Assembly: GCF_006345805.1 (NCBI RefSeq)
Contig: NW_021824832.1
Coordinates: forward strand, 1 to 64,000
DNA from: Octopus sinensis
Lineage: Eukaryota
Reading direction: 5' to 3'
DNA length: 64,000 nt
Shown here: in pieces, positions 25,265-39,135 of the stretch
How the letters are laid out: every line of letters starts with the position of its first letter
Position numbering within the stretch: position 1 is the first letter of the stretch
Made by a program: the position numbers and the translations under genes
The notes under the pieces: model-generated
Databases searched by the model: none
Seen by the model: only the letters and a program-made list of their open reading frames with translations
Told to the model about the DNA's origin: nothing

Positions 25265-26929
25265 CATACATATATATCCTTATACGTGTGTATGTGTGTG
25301 TGTATGTGTGTTATGTGTGTGTATGTGTGTGTGTGTGTTTGTATGTGTGTGTGTGTTGTGTGGTGTATGTGTTTAAGCGGTTGCTAAAAGTATGGTATAA
25401 TTAGCCACTAGTCGGTAAGATTCCCCCTAGGTGCTCACTGTATTTGCGAGAAATAGCGACCAAATCTATTTTAAGGTATATATATATATTCACCTTCAAA
25501 ACAAATTAACTGATTAGATAAAGTTGTCCCAGTTCGGCTCAGTTTCAACCGGACTAGAATAAATGAGCGCATGTCGGAACTTGTCTTCTAGTAGACAATA
25601 GCTTGATATACTTGGAATAAGTGCCATATACCAGCGCGGTGATAGCTGACATAGAGCTACATGCAACAACCGCGTAAGTAGAACACTACGATCATCAGCA
25701 CACATACAGCTACCTTAGGCACATTTCCAACTTGGGACGTGGTAAACTAATACCGCATCGCTGTCTCTCCAAATACGTGAACCGTTAGAAATAACAGTCA
25801 AATTTCATTTCATTCATATCCTATTCTCATAAAAAATTGAAAGGACATTTTACATAACACAATCCTTGCTAATTTCAATGGACTGGTCATGGTAAAGGTG
25901 GAACATATTTAATGAAAAATTTCCTCGAACAGAGCTGGCGTGGTGATCGATAACACAGGATATCAAAGCTTTTACAATGCAAACGGTACCTGTGCGACCA
26001 CGACTGTCATTAATTCAACTACTAACACCACCTACTTTACAGATACTATCTCCAGAACTACTATCAATACTACAATTTATGGTTCCGTTTACTACCATCG
26101 ACACCATGCTCACTAAATGAAACACAATCCTCGCCTTATTAAACACTTATCGAGATCGCCTTCAACAACCCTAGCGCCATCACCGCCACCGAAAATAAAT
26201 TACAGTTTCATTTCCTTCACCAAGCCAACCAGCAACACAACATACCGCACGAAAACACAATATTATTTTCTCCTAAACCAATGCTGCCACTACTAGCGGT
26301 ATTGCCATATACTGCATCACACCCTTACCAGTCCAACCACAACCACCACCATTCAGTTTCACCATCACCACTGCTACCACTAAGCATTTCATCAGCAACA
26401 ACCATTTTCGCCACGTGCAACATAGAACTAATTCAAGCACTACCACAAAAACCACGTCTAGTTCCAACACCACCACCTTCACCGCTAGCACGTGGACCCA
26501 CACCACCTTCAGGACTACCATCAAAACCCTCTTCACCACCATCATTTTCACCATCATTCCTACCAACGCAACTAAGTCTTTATCAAATAACACATTTAAT
26601 CAAACAACATTTGATAGAGCCAATTGAGATCGATCAATTAATCAGCAATTCTTTGCAATTATCATGTCTGTAAATTAGAAATTGTTCTGTTGTTTAAAGA
26701 GGGGAAAAAAACCAGTAGTGAAACTGGGTCAATGCAGAAGACCGGTGAATATAACATCTAGAGGAAAGTTCAGACAAATGAACCTGTAAAGCTGGTCTTT
26801 GATATCGAACCTGCTTTAACAGCCACGCGCTTTATTATGTTAGCCCCTCACCTGTTTACTTGTTCACCTGAACGGTTGCTGCCGCCGTTTCCGCTGTACA
26901 CTGTCAGTATCGTTTCAAATTCCGTCATA

Positions 26930-27105
26930 AGACCAGCAATTTCGTCAACTAGCAAATGCAGTTAAGGCGATTACGTCGGCCCCAATACTCAACTAGTACC
27001 TATTTTATCGACCCCGAAAGAATGAAAGGTAAATGCAACCTCGGCGGAATTTGAACTCAGAATGTAAATACGGACAAAGTGCTGCTAAACATTTTGCGCA
27101 GCTCT
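26930..27105 (-). mobile_element. Decayed SINE family A2
   Basis: TTTATCGACCCCGAAAGAATGAAAGG...CCTCGGCGGAATTTGAACTCAGAA. Confidence 0.75.
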
Positions 27106-28704
27106 CCGCTTTACTGTACAGTGCCATATTGGGCTCTAATGAAAGAGATTAGTGATATCCCGGTTGTAAAACTACTGTATCTTATATTCTCTAGGTATTT
27201 GGTGTGACGTATTGCGATCCTTTTGTAAATGTTACCTGTAACATGTTGTCTGGCATACTTTTTTCTTATTCATTGAATGGCTTTCTTTTTTCTGCTGTTA
27301 TTAATGTTGTACTTGTCTAGGCTCGTGGGCAGCATACATACGTACAAAAAACCATTTAACTGTGGGCAACCTACCTTTTTAGATATAGCTTATTTCAAAC
27401 TCCATTATCGAAGCTTCCTTCCCTTTTTTAAATGTCATTAGTGTGTGGTTCGAGAGAGCTCTGAAATTTGATTCAAGCAGATTAAGTTACCATGAAATGG
27501 TTATTCCATTGGTTTGTGTTGCTAATGTCTATCACCATGTTAGCTGTCACTGGATAGATTAATGAACACTTACATGCACTCGTTAAAACGTAACATGTTT
27601 TAACCTGCCGCTGCCATCTTTGTGTAGGGAGAAGCTTGGTAGTTGATCGCCTGCAAACATACCAAATACAGTCAATTCATCATATATATTCAAGCCAATA
27701 GCGTAAGTATCGATCATAAAATGAGAATATTTTTACCCATTTTACTATGTACTTCGACAATACTTCTCATTGAGCGTTGTACACACCAAAAGCTAGCAGT
27801 ATAATGACATTTTGTGCTTAAGGGAGGTTACTGGGTGAATGATAAAGCTAAAAATGAAAGGAACATGACGTGTCACCAGTACACATCATCTGTAATATTC
27901 GCTTTATAATGCGCAATTAGAAATATAACCGTAACCGGGCATTCAACCAGTCTATAATTCTAGAATGTTGAATTTGATATCAAAGAGACCAGACACGATT
28001 TAAGAAAGATTGTCAGAGTTCAATTCTGTTGCCTTCTGCTGGATGGTAGGGTTTGCATATCATTCCTATTCATTCACTCCGTTATCGCCTGGCCATTTTC
28101 TTCCTAAGTTTGTTTTACTTAAAATTATTCTTTTTCATCAGCCACCATACGCTCTTCTAATAAACATTACATTTTCGCTGAAGAGAGACCTACATGTATA
28201 AATTTTATGAAAATTTATGAAATGCTGATGGAGTGTTCTATCCATCTTTGATCTAGCTACTCATATTGGAAGAAACTATAGATTAAGAAACTATATCTAT
28301 CACTGTAAAAAAAAAAAAATCTACGGATATATTTATATATTTTATCGGTTCTCTTTTGCCGAACAGCTAGAATATATGGGTACATAAAGACGTTAACATC
28401 GGCGATGATGTAGGAGACAAACACAGACGCACACACAAATTGACACACGCGAGCACCAACCACAGATTCATGATCACAGTCCTCAAATTCATCCTACTGA
28501 ATACTATTTCATGTTCGATACAGTTCACTCTCGATACAGTTTATAATGTGGAATTGCAATGGGAACGCGAGCTGCCCCAGTGATTGCGAACCTTGTAATG
28601 GGCTACCTAGAACTTAAAATATTCGCTTCTTTTCTTCTTACCTTCCCCGTACATTTCCACGTGTATTTTCTATTTTCTTTTTGAAACATACTTCTATTGT
28701 ATAA

Positions 28705-28970
<266 letters not shown>

Positions 28971-29538
28971 ACACAATCAAAAATAAGCAACAAGAATGAC
29001 TCCGGTAATTTGCTACAATTGTTTCGCATATATATATATGCGTGGAAGAGCGGTTTACGTGTTTTTTGGTGTGTGTATGCATGTGGATATGGTAGTTAAA
29101 TAAAAATACTGGCAGTCTGCTATATATACATATATGTTCGTACATGCTTCTATACAATATATATATTACGTGTGTTTTAATGTTTCTCTGTATCTTTCTT
29201 CCCAACCTCCCGCTCTCTCTCTCTCTCACTCTCTCTTCTCTCTCTCTATCTATCTATCTGTCTATCTATCTATCTCCAGATGTGTGTATGCTCGCGCATG
29301 CGTGTGCATTGTATATATATAGATAAACATAGATATTGAGGGAAAAGCGAAGAGTGTTAGAGAACGGCTGATCCGGGTCGTTCAGTTATATCTAACAATA
29401 CTATCCGCACAACGCACAGCACAAATATATGCCACACACACGTGTATACGTACCTGGGGAATGTGTGTGGGCGTGAAAGAGAGAAGTAGATAAATAGAGA
29501 GAGAGAGAAAGAGAGACGGCTGTCTGTGTACCAGTATA

Positions 29539-29581
<43 letters not shown>

Positions 29582-29680
29582 TATATATAATATATATATA
29601 TGTATAATATAACTATATATATATTGATTATATATATATATTATATATATATCTATATATATATATATATATACATAAGG

Positions 29681-29725
<45 letters not shown>

Positions 29726-31020
29726 TATATATACATATATATGTACACACACAAACACACGCATACACATATTTATATGCCTGAGTGTGTGTGTGTAAGC
29801 AACTGTATGCATGGATGTGCTATAATACAATCATGTTTTCCAACTGACATATTACGCTCAATTACATAAATATACAAGAAAAAATACGTTGCGTTTATTG
29901 GTTTTGTAATATATATATATATACAAATATATATAAGTGTATATATATATATATATATGTATGCATATATATATATGTGTGTATATGTATATATATATAT
30001 ATGCATATATATATGTGTGTGTATATGTATATATATATATATATGTGTGTATGTGTGTGTGTATGTATATATATATACATATATATATATAGCACAAACA
30101 TACATGTTCATACACGCAAAATTACATGTTTGTGTGTGTGTGTACGTATGTCCGTGTACGAGTATAAATGCACAGAGACACACATACACATTTTCTAAAT
30201 ATTATTGGTTTGTCAGTTAGACGCCTGTATGACCATACACAAACATACACAAAGGTACACACGCTCGTGCTCATAGCCATACACACACACATACTCACAT
30301 CTGTGAAAACACACGACCATACACTCACACATATGCAGACATAAAAACGTCTATTGTTTTGACATCACATATCAACTCTACATTTTTCACGTCCACGCAT
30401 CAACTCTACTAATTCATTAATTTTTTCTTCTTTTACATATTTCCCTCACGACTTTACCTCACTTTCTTTCATTACCCACCTCATTCGCTAAGTATTTTCG
30501 CCTTCCTATCTCCCTATCTGCTTATCTTTGTATATATTTATCTATACATCTATGTGTGTGTGTCTGCTAAACAATATATGCATATATGTATGTATTTGTG
30601 CATCTACGTCGATATGTTTGTATATACGTACACATACAAGTGCACATGCACGCATACACATACACAAACAAACACACATACATTGGCCTACAATATATTT
30701 ATATTCGCAATACTGTAAATGAAGCACAACGTTAATCACATTTGCTATAACCCCATTAAATATATCTAAGCAAAATGAAAGCATTTGTTAGTATATTGTT
30801 GGGAGTGATGGACTTCGATATCTCGCCATTTTTGTGGCTTCTAAACGACACCTACCGGCATGGGTTGAAGGCGAGTCAACTAGCCAGCCCACGACTTGTA
30901 TGCTTATGGCTTGTAAAATCATGAGCTGGTATGCCAGGAAATTGCATACTTAACAGAAAATTGACGTATAAAATGAAAACAACTCTAGTAAGATAAAGTA
31001 GTTGTATACTGTCAACTTAA

Positions 31021-31444
31021 TGTGACAGTCCCATGATAAGAATCATACTACTGCTATTTAGCCCTAGTAACCAGCAACGCTTCCTGTTGGCCTTGACACA
31101 TTTCCTGTGTCCTTATGTTTGCAAGGGGGAGATAAGCACCTCCACCCACCTAGTGAAATTTAGACATGTATTATTTCTATTTTTGTAATCAGTGTATGTA
31201 TTTCACTATAATTCTTATATGTTTGCGAAGGCTCGATAGGCATCTCCAACTACCAGGCCATGCTACTCCAGACTGATGACGAGAAGACTCAGAAACTAGT
31301 GTCTGGTAGCAGGCTTAGCTGGGTGGCGGTGCTTATCTCCTTGTAAACATAAGGACACAGGAAATGTGTCAAGGCCGACAGGAAACATTGCTGCTTCCTA
31401 GTGCTAAATAGCAATAGTGTTATTCCCTTCATGGAACTGTCACA
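31021..31444. mobile_element. Fold-back element: ~125-bp inverted arms (31021-31148, 31321-31444) around a hammerhead-bearing spacer
   Basis: Arms align by eye at roughly 85% identity, the inner half nearly perfect (CCTTGACACATTTCCTGTGTCCTTATGTTT). Confidence 0.8.
31268..31306 (+). ncRNA. Minimal hammerhead ribozyme motif, probably inactivated
   Basis: CCAGA-CTGATGA-CGAGAAGACTCA-GAAAC-TA-GT-G-TCTGG: stem I CCAGA/TCTGG and palindromic stem III ACTAGT. Position 17 is G, which is non-cleavable. Confidence 0.72.
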
Positions 31445-31579
31445 CACACACACACGCACACATACATACACACACACATACACACATACACATACACACA
31501 CACACACGCTTATATATGAACGCAAGTAAGCAGTGTACAAATATGATTCCACATGTTGAATATTTTGACTTAAATTAGC

Positions 31580-31760
31580 TTTTAGAATCAGTGCAATTTT
31601 CTTTGCTTCTTTTCGTGCATATCTATGGTCTTTCAAAATTATTTTACATTGCGGCACATCCATAGATTTTGCAACATCTTTTCTGCTAAGGTATTCAATA
31701 CGTTTCATCTACAATGTTTTTGTCCGCTTAGAAATTTTTTCAGCATTTCTCAGTTCTTAA
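31580..31760 (-). mobile_element. Possible decayed pogo/Tigger transposase N-terminal HTH fragment
   Basis: KRTKTL*MKRIEYLSRKDVAKSMDVPQCKIILKD loosely resembles the CENP-B/Tigger N-terminal HTH pattern. Weak. Confidence 0.35.
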
Positions 31761-32030
31761 TTTGTCAATCATGATTTGAGGATTAAAAACGAAAAATTTA
31801 TCTATTTCTTAATTAGTCTTTCCAAATTCTTACCAGCCTATGAATAGCCTACATGCAAATTCAACGATATCTTTATTATCAATGGTTTTCCTTGTTGCAT
31901 TTCGTCAAATTTATTTAAGTTAATCGAAATACACAATTTAATACATATATGCAAACATACATATATGCATTCAACATAAATAATTAAATCCCCCCTAAAT
32001 ATATATATATATATATATAATATAATATAT

Positions 32031-32074
<44 letters not shown>

Positions 32075-32080
32075 ATATAT

Positions 32081-32468
32081 GGTGGTGCAATGGGCTCAGT
32101 GATTAGGGCAGAGGACTCGCGGTCGTAGGGTCATGATTCCGATTTCCAGACCGGGCGTTCTGAGTGTGTGAGTATTTATTGAGCGAAAATACCTAAAGAT
32201 CCAACAGGCTCCGGCAAGAGGTGGTTGTGAACCCTGCTGTACACTTTCACCACAACTTTCTCGCACTCTTTCTGCCTGTTTCTGTTGTACCTGTATTTCA
32301 AAGAGCGCGCCTTGTCACACTGTGTCACACAGAATATCTACGAGAACTACGTGAAGAATATACGTGTCTTTGGAGTGCTCAGCGACTACACGTTAATTTC
32401 ACGATGAGGGTGTGTTCCGTTGATCGGATGAACTGGAACCTTCGTTCTCGTAACCGACGGAGTAACAC
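32081..32468 (+). mobile_element. SINE family D (tRNA head), inserted in (TA)n
   Basis: Aligns end to end with 48610-48999. Confidence 0.9.
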
Positions 32469-32472
32469 GACG

Positions 32473-32550
<78 letters not shown>

Positions 32551-32566
32551 TGGGTTGTAACAGGTT

Positions 32567-32639
32567 TGTGTGTTCGTGTAACGGTAGCACACTTGGTCTC
32601 ATAAACAAAGAGGTATGAGTTCGAGTCCCACGTATACGG
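32567..32639 (+). tRNA. tRNA-Met(CAT)-like pseudogene or isolated SINE head
   Basis: D-arm GTGT-AACGGTA-GCAC, anticodon loop CT-CAT-AA (32598-32604) and T-loop TTCGAGT. The acceptor stem is mostly G-U pairs and the T stem has mismatches. Confidence 0.55.
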
Positions 32640-32731
32640 ATAAAAACCTACTATTTTCTGTCGAAGGCATATGAAATACTATTATTATTAATTACAGAAT
32701 TGTAAAAATTGACACAGCTTAATAAAACATT

Positions 32732-32769
<38 letters not shown>

Positions 32770-33425
32770 CAGGATGCGGTGAATAAATTGTTGTCTAAAT
32801 TATGCAAAAATGAAAATAACACTGACATCTCATTTAACAGAAATATTTACGAAAATTACATAAAAATATCTTGAAATGCGAAAGAGAATATCTATTCATT
32901 AAAACCGCCATTAGTTTAAACCATGGCTTCGAGACGACTTCGGAATTTCTTGCAACTCTTCTGGGCGGTATCCTGGTTTAAGTTGGTGAATACTGCTATA
33001 ACCCTGGCCTTCAGTCCACTTTTCGTTTTACAAGAATTTTATTGTTCTCTCGCTCAAATGCGCCCCTCATATAATAATCTAGGACTTTGCAGTGTGTAAA
33101 GTTAGGTGGTCAGATGTTAAAGGTGATGTGGTCGCAGAAATTGTCTGGCAGCCATGACTGGGTTCTCCTGCTTGTGTGGCATGGTGCAGAGTCCTGTTCC
33201 CAGACATAGGGTCTTCTAGTAGCCACCCTCTTCATCTAAAGCAGCACCACCTCCCCCCAGGCACTTGATGTTGAGCTCCGTGTTGAGTCTGAGGCTATGT
33301 GGAAAAAGGAATAGAGGTATGACAACACCACCAATAGTGATCAATCTAAACACAATGATGTCGACTGGATGTTTGTTTTTTATCATTCTCGGTACATGTC
33401 CTCAGATTGCACTCTCCTCAGATTC
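32770..33425 (-). mobile_element. maT (DD37D, Tc1/mariner superfamily) transposon 3' remnant
   Basis: Manual translation KHPVDIIVF...LRLNTE...RPYVWEQDSAPCHTSRRTQSWLPDNFCDHITFNI*PPNFTHCKVLDYYMRGAFERE, followed by a TIR-like end at about 32770. Confidence 0.88.
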
Positions 33426-34387
33426 ACACATAAGCAAACGTCTGAAATGTTCGTAATGGAGCTTCCGTCTTGAATGCCGAGAAGTACAGTGTATCGTTTC
33501 CAAATTTAAGGCAGAATGGACTGCATGATGGTATTGATTTTCTCCCTGACAATGCCCAACTGACCCTACTATACTGTGTATTCGACAAAATCAAACACAA
33601 ACAAAGCGCATACGCGAAATTAAAAAATATAGAATGGTAACAAGTTATCCATTGCACCTTGTATATATGTGTGTGTGTGTGTGTGCATGCATGAATGTTT
33701 ATCTGAATATCTGTGTTTGTGTATACAAATAATGCGACACAACTAACCTTTCCGAAGAGATAATTCAAGAGAGGAATTTTAAGAAAATTATGCTTATTTC
33801 ACCGAAAAATTAATTATCAAGTTTTTTTACGGCAAATTTTATCTGTGCTATCAGGTTTGGTGACACACATTTGCAAATAACGAACCATCCCATTAACAGA
33901 CAGATAAGCTGCACATTTTGGAAAAAACAATGATGTACGAAATTTTTCTCCTCTCTTTGCTCTCTTTCCAGCATATGTCAGATGTTGCTCGCTGTCATAA
34001 CTTTATAGTTAATCCTTGTTAATTTCAGTGTTGTTCCTTTTTGTTACAAAAACATGCGCCGATTTTGTAATAACTATCTTTGAAATTTCCGTCACTCATT
34101 CCTATATAGTTGTCTTATTAACACTATTAATTATGATTACTTTATCAGAAAAGATTACAACATGTCTACTCAGAACGGATCTTAGTCATGGAAAATTTGT
34201 AATATATATCTCACATTTTATAATGATAAATATAATCTGACTATGTATTACATACTATTTTCTATTATTTTCCTGGCAATGTACCAAATGAAGAAATCAT
34301 TTCAGAGAATTGTTGCTTATCACCAGATGCCCACGCCACCTTCATACCTATATAGTAAGACGATACAATTTTGTAAATGTGTCCTCA

Positions 34388-34470
34388 AATTTCAAGATAT
34401 ACTTTAACGGAAAAAGATTTTGATGATACAACTAGGAGCTGAAGCGACCACATAGAGTGTCTATATTAAG
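34388..34470 (+). repeat. 83-bp segment duplicated at 36310-36392
   Basis: 81/83 identical by eye. Confidence 0.95.
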
Positions 34471-34808
34471 CTAGCATATCTCTTATTGTATAAGTGTAGG
34501 GGAACGTCTGTCAGGGAATAAAGTGTACCAGTTCCATACAAATTATATAGTTATACTTGTAAACAACATGTTTAGAAAGAAGAGGAAGTTACTGGATTTA
34601 GTATCAATCCTGTTATCTGCAACTTATGAGAATTATCAATCCGTAGAAATGCATTTGCGACTAGGACTTTAGGCTGTTCGAGACAAATAGGGATGTTTGG
34701 AAGGTTTCGTTCTAACTTATGAAAAACCCATCATCCATACACATCTATCCATACACATACGGAAACGCACACACACGCACACGCACAAACACACGTAATG
34801 TATAAATG

Positions 34809-34862
<54 letters not shown>

Positions 34863-35176
34863 TGTATGTATGTATGCATGTATATATATGTATATAAACA
34901 CAGATAAATAGATACATATATAGATACAGAATACATACATATTAACATATATTCTTACAGGAAAAAATCTGTACACACACAACACACCCACGCACACACA
35001 TACTGTGTATTGTTTCCCGATAACTTCCATGAAATGTTATGACTGGCAAATAGGCATTAATGGAAAGTTTTTAATGTAATTTCCATGTGATGTTTTCGTT
35101 CGTACACGCATTACTTGTTATATAATATATCTATGTGCGATGTATATATAGTTACGTGTTTATATGCACGTATATC

Positions 35177-35239
<63 letters not shown>

Positions 35240-35394
35240 TATACACACACACACTTATATATGTTTTTCTAAATATAAACACGTACATGTGTGTGTCTAT
35301 ATATATATATGTGTGTGTGTGTGTGTGCGGTGTGGTATATACATACATATATATATATACATGCATACATACATACACACTCCCACACAAACAC

Positions 35395-35461
<67 letters not shown>

Positions 35462-35652
35462 CATATATACACTCACAAAACGTTTCCATACGTGTGGTTG
35501 TATCATTGTACATATATGCGCATGTAAGCCTTTGATTACTTGTATATGTCTAGGTTTATATGGCTTATATATGCATATATATAAATATATATATGTAATA
35601 TACATATATATATATATATATACATACACACATACATATTCATATGTATATA

Positions 35653-35683
<31 letters not shown>

Positions 35684-35694
35684 GTTTATATATA

Positions 35695-35726
<32 letters not shown>

Positions 35727-37054
35727 AATATATGTATATACGTATGTATGTGTATATGTTCATATAAAAATCGACTATTTCCTTATCTCTCAGTCTCACA
35801 CCCAGGCAATCTCTCAATTTCTCTGCCTTACTCCCTTAATCTTCCAGTGTTTCTTACTGTTATTATATACCAGCCACTCTCCCATAACATGAATATTTTT
35901 GTCATCCTATTTCAAGCATTCTTACATTGCCTATATAAAAACATCATTTTTTTTTAAATATTTGTTTCGCCTTCTTTTTAAGCGCGCCTATGTGTGCCTT
36001 CTAGCACTGTTTATTTTTCATTCCAACGACATATCTTTATATACTTAACAAATAACTGTCACATTTTTCTCTTTGTTTATTTTATATTTATTGCGTTTTT
36101 GTTTACTAGTTTTTAAAATTTATGTTTCTTGTTTCACTCATTGGACTGTGACCATGTTTTGGTACCGCCTACTAATTTATATTGTAGAGATCATCATCCC
36201 TCTTACTTATTTCAGTGTTTATTAATGTGACACACAGACACACGCACACACATATTTAAGCATATATATGCGTAAGTATGTATGTACGTACGTATATATA
36301 TATATATATAATTTCAAGATATACTTTAACGGAAAAAGATTTTGATGATACAACTAGGAGCTAAAGCGACTACATAGAGTGTCTATATTAAGTGTCTATA
36401 TATATATATATATATATAATATATATATATATATTAGAATTTTATACTTTATTCCAAGATCATTACATTAAAAATACCCCAAACTTATATGACTGACGCC
36501 AACGCAAAACGGACCCTTTCTTTAGTGGAAGTATCTCCATTTAATTACAGCTTTACCGACTTAAAATCATAAGTTCGCATACCACAATATGCTATGATAT
36601 ATAAAAGAGACTGAATGGCCACTATTCTGATTCCGTTACCCATATCCTTGCAACATCAGTGATAAGTTTCTGTTAAACGTAGTTAATTTATCTGCCCCCT
36701 TCTAATCGTAATGTTGAATTATTGCAAAGTTGATTAAATTTTTGGAAATTTTCTAAAGATATCATATTAATTTACGTCACTAAATTGTCAAAATACAAAT
36801 CGAGAGGAATTAATCAGTATACATAATGCTTTGAAACACGACAGAATGAGCGTCCTTAAATTGTCTTGGAGATTGGGATAGCCAAGGTTTTGGGCGAAGT
36901 TCTTTAGAGTAATAATATTGGTTTCAAATTTTGATACTTAGGCAAATTTTGGCAAATTTTGGTACTTAAGCAAATTTTGGCACTTCCGGGAAGGGACTAA
37001 GTCGATTACATCGACCCCGGTATTCGACTAGTATCTGGTTTATCGACCTGGGCC

Positions 37055-37121
37055 GGCCAAAGCCTTGTGCGTGGATTTGGTAGACGGAAACTGGAAGAAG
37101 CCCGTCGTATATGTGTATATG

Positions 37122-37154
<33 letters not shown>

Positions 37155-37487
37155 ATGTATATATATGTATATATATGTGTATATATATATATGTGTGTGT
37201 GTGTGTATATATGTATATATATATGTGTGTGTATATATATATGTATATATATATATGTATGTATGTGTGTGTGTATGTGTGTATATGTTTCTGTTTTCGT
37301 GTTTGTCCCCAACATCGCTTGACAACCGATTCTGGTGTCTTTAAGTCCCCGTAACTTAGCGGTTCGACAAAAGAGACTGATAGAATAAGTACTAGGCTTA
37401 CACAGAGTAAGCTCTGGGGTCGATTTGCTCGAATAAAGGCAGTGCTCCAGTATGGCCGCAGTCAAATAACTGAAACAAGTAAAAGAA
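37055..37487 (+). mobile_element. SINE family B (5'-truncated), fused to a minus-strand A2 tail fragment at ~36960-37050
   Basis: GGCCGGCCAAAGCCTTGTG...GAAGAAGCCCGTCGTATA(TA/TG)n...CTGAAACAAGTAAAAGA. Confidence 0.9.
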
Positions 37488-38599
37488 TGCATGTAGAATG
37501 ATCCGCGAATGTGATTTTGAGATTTAATTATTTTAGGAAGTTACTGATTGGCATGAAATATTATGTCATGTTTCCTGGTACAATCTTGGAATCTGAAGTC
37601 CGGTGTATGTCGGAAACCGCTACCGTCTCGTATGAATATTTAAAACAATGAAATATATTTTAAGCCGTGAGGAAGAAGAGATGTTGAACTTTTGATTTGA
37701 CCTTTATCAGAGTGAAACAGAAATAAATAAACCGAAATTGGAAAATTACAGACGAGACAATAGAGAGAATTAGGTAAGGGATAGCGAGCGGTATTTAGTA
37801 GATGATAAAGTAGAATCGATGAGGAGGTGGGGAAAGTGATGTGGAACTTGTACGATGAGACAGAGAGGGGAAATGTTTTCTTAACAGTGAAGTAGTTGCG
37901 TGATAATGGTCACTTGAATGTTGAGGGCATAAGGATAAAGTAGGACACAAGGAAGAAGGACGCGGGAGAAAAGTGAATAGTATAGTAACGAAAGAACAGA
38001 ATTGCGACAAACCAGTTAAATGGACAAATCCCTAGGTGGGTACGAAGAATAAAGAATTATGGGAAATGTTCGTGACAGAAAGACTTTTAACGATATAATA
38101 GACCTATGTAATTGTTATTATCTGTTTTTGTTGTTGTATTAAAATTTTAAACACTTCCAGACGGAGTTTAATAAAAAAAAAATGTATTCCAAAGGAGATA
38201 CGACTATGTACCAGTTTTGCATTCATCTTTTAACATTTGTTTCAGAACATTTCCTTATAAGAACTTAAAACAAGTGATGTTATTGTTTAGCAGCTGGTCA
38301 CCCATGATATAGCAAATTATATTTAAATGTTTTACATCTGTGCTCTTATTATTTAAAAAATATATATCATGGTCTGCACGGCATCATTTACTGTAAAGAG
38401 TAGGCTTCGACTGGGAAAATATTTGGCTGCTCTTTCTGACATATTGGCTCATATAGAGTTTCGAGGAATGTTATCATATCTAAACTTTTATGCAGTTAGT
38501 TTCTTATGGAGAAATACCCTTCTGTCATTGTGCTTAGCACCCGTAACGATCTGCCTTGTTAATAGGGATATAAATTCAGTTGTTAATCATATCAAAGAA

Positions 38600-39135
38600 T
38601 AGATATAAATTTATTTCTTTTCATGGAATATACATGCATGCACTCTACGAAACTCTTTAATGAAATCTGCGCTTAAACGTTACCATAAGTTACATCTCAG
38701 GCCCCAGCAGACGAAATGGAAAAGCCGTTCCTCTGGTGGATAGCAAGGGAGTTGCACTAAAACAGGTACCCTGACTCATGGAGCTCACACTTGCGGATAG
38801 CGTTGAGCATGGATATGTTCCAGGAGCCAAGGCTGCCGGAGTTCTCCACTGCACTAGGCTCGACCAGCGATCGATACTTAGACAAGATGCTTTTCTTAGC
38901 CTGACAAGCAACGGAGCATGGCTGGTAGCTGAGCGCACAAGTTGCGGCTGAAGAGTGTCTTACAGCACCTAGCATCACAGATGAGGGGCCTGCCACCACA
39001 GAACGGGAAGGTTGTCATACTATCTGGCCCTTTATCGTCCCCTCGGTCTAGCCCCGCTGCACCGAGCTGGGAAGGGAAGACTACTGCGTCTAGGTCAGGA
39101 TTTATGATCTTGTTAAAGGCGGCATGGAACTGATA
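38600..39135 (-). mobile_element. CRE-clade-like RLE LINE 3' remnant
   Basis: Manual translation HAAFNKIINPDLDAVVFPSQLGAAGLDRGDDKGPDSMTTFPFCGGRPLICDARCC, then KKSILSKYRSLVEPSAVENSGSLG. This matches the pattern RH..LN.II...L...G.P..LEP.GL.RGDGKRPDG.T..P...G..L.WD..C...KY..L...P.AVE..G. AATAAA at 38610-38615. Confidence 0.75.

Noticed and set aside
26273-26673. Thr/Pro/His-rich ORFs
   Set aside because: Low-complexity decayed (ACC)n/(CAC)n DNA open in several frames.
36940-36985. Short GCAAATTTTG direct repeats as a CRISPR-like array
   Set aside because: Three irregular units at a decayed SINE tail in eukaryotic DNA; no regular spacers.
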